From positions 1,791 through 65,790 of the forward strand of contig JAWAYL010000003.1 of NCBI GenBank assembly GCA_038818725.1: a DNA stretch of 64,000 nt, in the 5' to 3' direction. Below, piece after piece: positions 52,139 to 60,300 of this stretch. Position numbers and translations under genes: made by a program. Source of the DNA: Thermoplasmatota archaeon (lineage in GTDB: Archaea; Thermoplasmatota; E2; UBA202; JdFR-43). The notes beneath the pieces were generated by a model. It did no database searches and was not told the DNA's origin. It saw only the letters and a list, made by a program, of their open reading frames with translations. Each line of letters begins with the position of its first letter. Position 1 is the stretch's first letter.

Positions 52139-52305
52139 TGGCAAAAAAATGCTCATTCTGTGGAAATGAAATCGAGCCAGGAACAGGAACAATGTATGTA
52201 AAGAAGGATGGCACCGCTTATTATTTTTGCTCTGGAAAATGCAAGAAAAATATGCTAAAATTAGGAAGAGATCCTAAAAAAGTTAGATGGATAACAAAAG
52301 CGTGA
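52138..52305 (+). CDS. rpl24e: 50S ribosomal protein L24e (55 aa, absent from ORF track)
   Basis: Manual translation [55 protein letters not shown]. Confidence 0.96.
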   Translation: MAKKCSFCGNEIEPGTGTMYVKKDGTAYYFCSGKCKKNMLKLGRDPKKVRWITKA

Positions 52306-52309
52306 TGCT

Positions 52310-52762
52310 ATGGAGAGAACTTTTTTAATGATAAAGCCAGATGGGGTGCAAAGAAGATTAGTAGGTAAAATTTTGCAGAGAATAGAAGAGTGTGGTTTCA
52401 AAATAGTTGCAATGAAATTATTGAAAATATCTCGGGAGATGGCTGAAAAGCATTATTCAATACATAAAGGAAAGGATTTCTTTGAAGGATTGATAAATTA
52501 TATAACCAGCGGACCAGTTGTTGCAATGGTTGTTGAGGGAAAAGATGCGATAGAAAGATTAAGAAAAATTGTTGGTTCAACAAATCCAAAAGATGCGATG
52601 CCTGGAACAATAAGAGGAGATTTTGCCCAAGATATAGGAAGAAATATAATACATGCAAGTGATAGCAAAGAAACAGCGGATAAGGAAATAAAACTTTGGT
52701 TCAGCAAAGATGAAATAGTTGATTATATAATGGATGATGAAAAATGGCTTTTTGAGGATTAA
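52310..52762 (+). CDS. ndk: Nucleoside diphosphate kinase
   Basis: ERTFLMIKPDGVQR, PGTIRGDF, NIIHASDS. Confidence 0.97.
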   Translation: MERTFLMIKPDGVQRRLVGKILQRIEECGFKIVAMKLLKISREMAEKHYSIHKGKDFFEGLINYITSGPVVAMVVEGKDAIERLRKIVGSTNPKDAMPGTIRGDFAQDIGRNIIHASDSKETADKEIKLWFSKDEIVDYIMDDEKWLFED

Positions 52763-52792
52763 ATTTATATATTTTGCTAATAATATATTTTA

Positions 52793-52909
52793 GCTCCATC
52801 TCGAAGGCCTCTATGATAAATGAATAGAGGAGCAAACGTGGAGCAACAGCGGCATCACGGGCCCCTGCGCGATTAGTGAGCGTAAGGTCAACCCAGGTGC
52901 CGCACACTC
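52793..52909 (+). ncRNA. Two-hairpin box H/ACA pseudouridylation guide RNA
   Basis: GC-rich island; basal stems GCTCCAT/GTGGAGC and GCGGCATC/GGTGCCGC each followed by ACA; both apical loops GAU-NNN-UGA; TATA-like TTTATATA at 52764-52771. Confidence 0.85.
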
Positions 52910-53787
52910 TCATTTGCTTTTATTAAGGCATATATAGTTTCATTTATACACGCATTTATTCCATGTTTTTTTGCTCTCCTTATTATTTCTCCAATTATCT
53001 CATCTACTTCTGTTTTCTTTCCAGAAATTATATCTTGGAGCATTGAAGAAATGTTTTCTGATGTATTTATTGCAACTTCCTGCGCTTTTTTTATTATTTC
53101 CTCGTCTATTTCAATTCCCTCTGCTTTTGCAACTTCAATTCCTTCCATGCAAATTTTTTCCATTAAATATTTTGTATATTCATTTCTAACCAATTCCCCA
53201 TTTTTACATCTTAAAATAGATGTTAAGCCATTAATTGCTGAATTTACTATTGCCTTCTTCCATTTTTCTTTTTTAATTTGGTTGCTTATTTTTGTTTCAA
53301 TTCCACATTCATTAAATGCTTCGCAAATCTTTTTTATCCTTTCACTAATTTCTCCGTTCATCTCTCCTATTATCGTTTCTCCCCTGCCGGCATGATATAT
53401 TTTTCCATTTTCGAGAAATATTACTCCATGAGTAGTTGTTGCTCCAATAACATTTTCAACGCCAATTTTTTCCGCTATAATTTCCTCATTTCTTAATCCA
53501 TTCTGAATTGAAATAACAGGAATTTTTCCAAATTTTCCTAAAATTTCATCTATTGCAAGCTTTGTATCATATGCTTTTGTTGCAAGAATAACAAAATCAT
53601 ATTTGCTTCCATCCCATCTTGTTTTAGGATAAAAAATCCCTTCAGTAACCCCTTCTATTTTCAATCCCTTTTTTTCTATTTCCTCGATATGCTTTTTTCT
53701 CCCAACAAGCAAAACATCATTCTTTCTTGAAAGAAGCCCGCCAAACAATGAGCCGATTGCTCCCGCTCCAAATATTATGAATTTCAT
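52888..53787 (-). CDS. panE: 2-dehydropantoate 2-reductase
   Basis: IFGAGAIG, TKAYD, QNGL, WKKAIVN, SSMLQD, KTEVD. Confidence 0.94.
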   Translation of the reverse strand: MKFIIFGAGAIGSLFGGLLSRKNDVLLVGRKKHIEEIEKKGLKIEGVTEGIFYPKTRWDGSKYDFVILATKAYDTKLAIDEILGKFGKIPVISIQNGLRNEEIIAEKIGVENVIGATTTHGVIFLENGKIYHAGRGETIIGEMNGEISERIKKICEAFNECGIETKISNQIKKEKWKKAIVNSAINGLTSILRCKNGELVRNEYTKYLMEKICMEGIEVAKAEGIEIDEEIIKKAQEVAINTSENISSMLQDIISGKKTEVDEIIGEIIRRAKKHGINACINETIYALIKANESVRHLG

Positions 53788-53892
53788 TGAATAAAATTAT
53801 TCAGCAAAATAAATTTTTTATTCTCAAAAGAGCTTCTCTAACTAATTTCAAAATATAAAATGTTATATATCAAATCAATAATTTACTTTTAA

Positions 53893-54009
53893 GCGGGCGT
53901 AGTGTAGTCTGGTATCACATAGCCCTGCCACGGCTATAACCCGGGTTCGAACTGCAACTTGTGCAAGTTGCGCATTAAAGCAAGTTGCTTGAAAATCCCG
54001 GCGCCCGCA
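53893..54009 (+). tRNA. tRNA-Gly(GCC) with a 44-nt intron at 59/60 (53952..53995)
   Basis: Acceptor GCGGGCG/CGCCCGC-A, TAGCC-CTGCCAC-GGCTA, T arm CCGGG-TTCGAA|insert|T-CCCGG. Confidence 0.93.
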
Positions 54010-54011
54010 TC

Positions 54012-54878
54012 CTATTTTTCTTTTTTTGATAAAAAATATATTCCAGCTAAAAGAAGAAAAATTCCGCAAGTTTGAAGAGTTGTTATGTTTTCTCCTAAAA
54101 TAAAAAAGCTCAAAATGGAAGCAAAAAATGGGGTTGATAATTCTATTGCTGAAACTTGAGCTGCTTTTATTCTTTTTAATCCTTCATAATATAGAATTGT
54201 TCCTGTTCCTCCTATAAATCCAAGAAATATCTGGTAAATGTTTGCTATATATAATTTTGAATTTATTGCAAGATAAATAAGTAGAGGAAATGAAGCTATT
54301 AAAAATCTGTAAAGAGTAAGCAAGCCAGCGTTTATTTTAGTAAGATATTTTCTCCCAACAATTGCTGTTGTTGCCCATGCAAATGTTGCAAGCAGGACAA
54401 AAAGGTCGCCAGTTGTGCCAAATTTAAGTGATAAAAAATTTTGAAATGTTCTTGTTGTTACTAAAAATGCAGAAATAATCATAAGAAAAATGCCAGTAAA
54501 ATCATATTTATTTAATTTATCTCCTCTCAGTAAAAAGAAACCAAGAATTATTATGAAAACAGGTTGAATATGCCCTATTAAAACAGCATTTATTACAGGA
54601 ATTTTTGTCAATGAAAGGAAATATAAAAAATCTCCAACAAGAGTTCCAACAATTCCAATATAAAGAATTTTTATCATATGTTCTTTTTTTATTTTTAACT
54701 CAGATTTATTTATTGCTGTTATGTAAAAAATTGCTATAATGCATGAGAAAAATGCTCTTATTGCGGATGTTTGAAGAAAATCAGAATTTTTGTAAGCAAG
54801 TTTTGCAAAGATTGGCTCAATAGCCCAAAAAAAGCTCGCGGTTAAAACTGATATTATTCCTTTTGTTTTATTTTCCAT
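54012..54878 (-). CDS. EamA/DMT family transporter
   Basis: About 10 TM helices in two EamA-like halves. Confidence 0.88.
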   Translation of the reverse strand: MENKTKGIISVLTASFFWAIEPIFAKLAYKNSDFLQTSAIRAFFSCIIAIFYITAINKSELKIKKEHMIKILYIGIVGTLVGDFLYFLSLTKIPVINAVLIGHIQPVFIIILGFFLLRGDKLNKYDFTGIFLMIISAFLVTTRTFQNFLSLKFGTTGDLFVLLATFAWATTAIVGRKYLTKINAGLLTLYRFLIASFPLLIYLAINSKLYIANIYQIFLGFIGGTGTILYYEGLKRIKAAQVSAIELSTPFFASILSFFILGENITTLQTCGIFLLLAGIYFLSKKEK

Positions 54879-54969
54879 TTATTTTGATATTATTTTTCAA
54901 ATTTAAACTTATAATTTGTTTTTGAGGGCAAAAATATTAAAATACCTTTTTATTTGCTGGATGATTGCC

Positions 54970-55365
54970 ATGGTTGAATTTAAGGTTGTAATAAGTGATG
55001 GAGCAAAAAGCTGGCAGATAAGCGTGGACGGCCATCATGCAAACTCACTGGTGGGCAAGAAAATTGGCGATGAAGTAGATGGAATATTTGTTTCCTTGCC
55101 AGGCTATAAATTGCAAATTACAGGAGGCTCAGATAAAGATGGATTTCCAATGAGGAGTGATTTACCAGGTATGCAGAGAAGGAAAATATTAACAGCAAAA
55201 GGCAAGGGATTTAAAAAGTGTGATAAAGGAGTTAGGAAAAGATTAACTGTTTGCGGAAATACAATAAGCTTAAATACCTCTCAAATAAATATGAAAATAA
55301 CAAAAAAAGGAGCTAAGCCAATTGAAGAATTGCTTAAATCTGCTGGAAAGCTTAAGGAAAAATGA
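54970..55365 (+). CDS. rps6e: 30S ribosomal protein S6e
   Basis: [29 protein letters not shown]. Confidence 0.96.
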   Translation: MVEFKVVISDGAKSWQISVDGHHANSLVGKKIGDEVDGIFVSLPGYKLQITGGSDKDGFPMRSDLPGMQRRKILTAKGKGFKKCDKGVRKRLTVCGNTISLNTSQINMKITKKGAKPIEELLKSAGKLKEK

Positions 55366-56567
55366 GCCAGCCAGAAGTAAATATAGGAATGGTAGGGCAT
55401 GTTGACCATGGAAAAACTACTTTAACTCAGGCATTGACTGGCAAATGGACAGATGAGCACTCAGAAGAAATAAAGAGAGGAATTTCAATAAAACTCGGCT
55501 ACGCTGACACATCCTTTTATAAATGTCCAAATTGTGATGAACCGGAATGCTATTCAACAAAACCAGTTTGCAAGCATTGTGGAAGCGAAACTGAATTTTT
55601 AAGAAAAGTTTCATTTGTTGATGCTCCAGGGCATGAGACGCTTATGGCAGTTGTTATATCTGGCGCCGCCATAATGGACGGCGCATTGCTCCTTATTGCT
55701 GCAAATGAAAAGTGTCCTCAGCCCCAAACTGAAGAGCATCTGATGGCACTTGATATTGTTGGGGCGAAAAATGTTATAATTGTTCAGAATAAGATTGATC
55801 TTGTTGGAAAAGAAGGAGCGATGAAAAATTATGGTGAGATAGTTGATTTTTTGAAAGATACAATAGCAAGCAATTCACCAATAATTCCAGTATCTGCACA
55901 TCATGAAATAAATCTAGATGTCCTTATCATGGCAATACAAGAATTTATCCCTACTCCAGCTAGAGATAAAAATAAGCCACCATTGATGTACTCTGCAAGA
56001 AGTTTTGATGTAAATAAGCCTGGAACAAAACCATCTGATTTAAAAGGTGGGGTAATAGGCGGCTCATTAAAGCAAGGCGTGCTAAGGGTAGGGGATGAAA
56101 TAGAAATAAGGCCCGGAGTAAAAGTGCAGGCTCATGGAAAAACAACATATGAGCCAATTTTTACAGAAATTGCATCCATAATGACAGGTGGGGAATTTGT
56201 CGAGGAAGCTTACCCTGGTGGATTGCTTGCAATAGGAACATATCTCGACCCCTCTTTTACTAAAGCTGATGGGCTTGCAGGGAAAGTTGTTGGAAAAAAT
56301 CTTCCGCCTGTTTTTTATGATTTGTGCATGGATTTGCATGTTATTGAAAGAGTGGAAGGAAAAGATTTAGGAAAAATAAGGAGCAACGAATCGCTTATGC
56401 TTACTGTAGGAACCGCAACAACTGTTGGTGTGCCAAAAAATATAAAAAAGGATTATATTGAAGTAGATTTAAAAATCCCAGTTTGCGCAGAAAGCGGGCA
56501 GAGAGTTGCTATTTCTCGTAGCATAGGTGGGAGGTGGCATTTATATGGATATGGTGAGATAAAATGA
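55362..56567 (+). CDS. eif2g: Translation initiation factor aIF2 gamma
   Basis: [48 protein letters not shown]. Confidence 0.97.
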   Translation: MSQPEVNIGMVGHVDHGKTTLTQALTGKWTDEHSEEIKRGISIKLGYADTSFYKCPNCDEPECYSTKPVCKHCGSETEFLRKVSFVDAPGHETLMAVVISGAAIMDGALLLIAANEKCPQPQTEEHLMALDIVGAKNVIIVQNKIDLVGKEGAMKNYGEIVDFLKDTIASNSPIIPVSAHHEINLDVLIMAIQEFIPTPARDKNKPPLMYSARSFDVNKPGTKPSDLKGGVIGGSLKQGVLRVGDEIEIRPGVKVQAHGKTTYEPIFTEIASIMTGGEFVEEAYPGGLLAIGTYLDPSFTKADGLAGKVVGKNLPPVFYDLCMDLHVIERVEGKDLGKIRSNESLMLTVGTATTVGVPKNIKKDYIEVDLKIPVCAESGQRVAISRSIGGRWHLYGYGEIK

Positions 56568-56947
56568 GAGCTGTAGTGTTAGATACAAATGCCCTTATGA
56601 TGCCATATCAATTTGATATAAATATTGAAAAAGAATTAACTCGCTTATTAGGAGTTTGCAGAATAATTGTTCCAAGAAGTGTTGTTGAAGAAATTGAAAA
56701 AATTGCTGAGAAAGGTGGAGAAACAGGAAGGGCGGCGCAGCTTGCTTTAAGTATAATAAAGAAAAGATGCTTTAGGGTTGTTGAAACCGAAAGAAAAGGA
56801 GATGATGGAGTTATTGAAACAGCAATTAAGACAGAGGCAGCGATTTTAACAAATGATAAGGAATTAAAGAAAAAAGCAAAAGAACTTAAACTTACAGTAA
56901 TATATTTAAGAGAAGGAAAAAAGCTTGAAATGGAGGAAATACCATAA
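56564..56947 (+). CDS. PIN-domain protein (Fcf1/Utp24-like)
   Basis: [21 protein letters not shown]; conserved position after aIF2gamma. Confidence 0.9.
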   Translation: MRAVVLDTNALMMPYQFDINIEKELTRLLGVCRIIVPRSVVEEIEKIAEKGGETGRAAQLALSIIKKRCFRVVETERKGDDGVIETAIKTEAAILTNDKELKKKAKELKLTVIYLREGKKLEMEEIP

Positions 56948-57315
56948 TGAAATATGGAGAAAGAGAAATAAAGAAAGCAAAAATTGAATTATGGGAAAAT
57001 CCTTTTCCTGATAAAAATTATTTTATTGAAATAACTTTTTCAGAATTCACTTCTCTCTGCCCTCGCTCTGGCTATCCTGATTTTGCAACAATAAAGATAA
57101 GATATATACCTGATAAATATATAGTTGAACTTAAATCTCTTAAACTTTATCTTAACTCATATCGCTACAAATATGTAACTCATGAAGAAGCAACAAACAA
57201 AATTTATAAAGATTTAAGCGAGGCATTAAAGCCAAGATTTATTGAAGTTATTGGCGATTTTAATTTAAGAGGAGGAATAAAGACAGTTGTAAGAGTAGCA
57301 TCTGATACATGCTAA
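56947..57315 (+). CDS. queF: QueF (type I) 7-cyano-7-deazaguanine reductase-like protein
   Basis: [29 protein letters not shown]. Confidence 0.88.
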   Translation: MKYGEREIKKAKIELWENPFPDKNYFIEITFSEFTSLCPRSGYPDFATIKIRYIPDKYIVELKSLKLYLNSYRYKYVTHEEATNKIYKDLSEALKPRFIEVIGDFNLRGGIKTVVRVASDTC

Positions 57316-57357
57316 CATTTTTCAATAAAATTTATATTTAGGTAAGGTATTAAACAC

Positions 57358-60300
57358 GTGATTGAAATGGCAGCATATAAAAAAATGGGTATAATTTTTT
57401 TAAGTATATTGATGCTAACATCGACTTTTCCAGTTTATAGCGGCTCTAGCCGAGGTGAAAACCTGGAAAATAGTGAAACACTTCTGTATAAAATAAATTT
57501 TCCAGAGCCATCCCTTAAAGAAATTGAGGTGAATGGAAAAGAGTTTACTATAGTAGAGATACCTGATTGTATTAATACCGGCAAAAGTGGAGCCCCCTCC
57601 TTGCCTGTGTATGGTGTGCAGATTCTTCTTCCTTATGGAAGTGAATTAGAAGAAGTAAAAGTAAAAGGTGAAAAAACCGCGATATCAACAAATCTTAGGG
57701 GGAAACCAGTATTTCCATACCAAGAGCCTGTGCCCATTGGATATAAGGGAAAGGAATTTTTCATTGATGAAAATGCTTATAAAATTGAAAAATATCCTGA
57801 AAAAATTTACGATGTTATAGGAGTTGGATATTGTAGAGGATATGCAATACTTGCAATGAATTTATTCCCTGTAGAGTATTATCCCGTAGAAGGGGAGTTA
57901 TTTTACTATCCATTAATTGAAATAGAATTAAAATTAAATAAGAACGGTTATGTAAATGAGTTTTACAGAAATAATCCGAATGATAGAAGTTATGTTGCTT
58001 CTCTTGTAATTAACCCAGAGATATTAGATTCTTATAAAGTAAAAAGCGTATTTGAATATCCTGGAGGAATTTGCGATCCTTCACAAAATTATGACTATGT
58101 AATAATCACCAGACAGGCACTTGCAAACTTCTCCGGAAATTATACCTGGGCACATTTCATCGCAAGGAAGCAGGCGGAAGGAATTCAGGCAATAGTAGTT
58201 ACAGTAGAAGATATTGTAGCATGCCAAGCTTATTGGAACACAACTCCTATTTTTAATGATACCCCAGCAAAAATAAGGGAATTTTTGAGAGATGCTTATA
58301 TTGACTGGGGGATTGAATATGTTCTTATTGCTGGAGATAATGATGGAAGTGCTATGGTTCAAAGAAGATTGCTTCACTATGGAACAGGAGCATATGCAGA
58401 AAATGTTGACTCAGATTTATATTGGAGCAACCTTGATAATACATTCAATAGTGATATGGATAGTCAGTGGGGAGAATCAGATGATTCAGGATTCGATTTG
58501 TATTCAGAACTATTTATAGGAAGTATACCATGCGATACTGGAACAGATATTTCAAACTGGCTCACAAAAAGCTTTTATTATGCAGACTCAATGGAAAAGG
58601 ATTATCTTGAAAATGTTGGATTTTATGGAGGAGATACAGGATGGGCATGCCAAGGAGATGACTTTATGGATTTCACGTTGTATGGCACAAATAATTGGCT
58701 GGGTCCGGATCCAAATTATGATGGTCCGTGGCCAAGCTGGCTTGGCTTCCTCTATGGTTTCGACACATGGAATTTATCAAATCCAGGAATGGAATTCAAT
58801 ACAAGCGTTAGATGGACTGCTGAGCCGCCGAATCAAGGATGGCAAGGTGGCTCTGAATCTGCTGCAATTGCTGGTTTGAGAAATGCAATAAATAATAATC
58901 TCTGTGCAATTATAAATGGTATAGCCCATGCTAACGAGCATATGTCTCTGGATGTATATGATACAGAATGGGAGTCACAATATTTCAATACAAAACCATT
59001 TTTCATACATGATTACGGATGTCATTGTGGAGATATGGATGCAACAGATGATGGTGTGCTTCATTCAATGCTTTTCCATTCAAATATAGAGCTTGCTTTT
59101 GCATGCGTTTATAATACAGGATATGGATGGGGAAATTATTATTCAACAAATTCAAGTAGTGCATTGCAACAAAAATTATTCTGGGATTACATGCTCAATA
59201 CAAGCAAGTGTGGCGGAGTAATAAACTGGCGCCTTGGAAAAGCGCAAGCCTATTCAAAAGATGCAATGGCTCCTACTATAAATTGGGATCCTGGATATGA
59301 GACCTGGCGAGGAATTATCGAAAGCTGTCTGCTGTTTGGTGATCCTCATCAATTAATCAAGCCGCCAGAACTTCCAGAGCATAATGTAGGGGTTGTCTCC
59401 CTTAAAGTAGATGACCATGTTTTACCTGGTGAGCAGGTTTATATAAATGCAACTATAATAAATAGTGGCTTGAACAATGAAACAAATGTTATTGTAAGAT
59501 GTCGTATAAATGAAACAGAGATAGGAAATATAACAATTCCATTTTTCCAAAGCCAAACAATGCAAGAAGTAAGCTTTTTATGGATTCCAGCAATGGGATG
59601 GTATAATGTTGTTATAAACGTAACTATTCCAGGGGTAGAAGAAAATATCACTGTAGATAATGAAAAGAGCAAAGTTGTTGTTGCTGGGCCTGATGTCGCA
59701 GTTTCTTCAATAGATACACCTGTTTTTGCATCGGTTGGTACTATTACTGAAATAAAAGCTACTTTAAGCAATTTGGGAAAAGAGGATGAAATAGTCACCG
59801 TAAAAATAGTTGTAAACAATGTAACAGTAGATAATATTTCATTGATTTTGCAAGGGAGAAGGACAGAGAATATTTCATTGTTATGGAATCCTACCTATGA
59901 AGGATTTTATCCTGTAAAAATAGAAGTATTATGCGCAAATGATGTATATCCTGAAAATAACTTCAGAAGCAATAATGTAAATGTTGTAACTGCTTTAGGA
60001 TATGTTCTTCTTGTGGATGATGATAAAGGAGACAATTATGAAATTTATTACGAAAATGCATTGATGGCAGCTGGTTATGTTTATACTCTATGGAATAGGG
60101 ATGCGCAAGGAGTACCATCTCCTTCTTATATGGCAACATTTACAGCGGTTGTATGGTTTACTGGAGACGATTATACAACAACATTAACAGCCGAAGATAT
60201 AAATGCCCTTACAACTTATCTAAACAATGGAGGTAAATTGTTTATAACAGGCCAAGATATAGGTTTTGATATAAATACGGATCCTTTCTATAGCAATTAT

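Noticed and set aside
52701..52913. 70-aa minus-strand ORF
   Set aside because: Antisense to the H/ACA RNA and the end of ndk; no protein-like features
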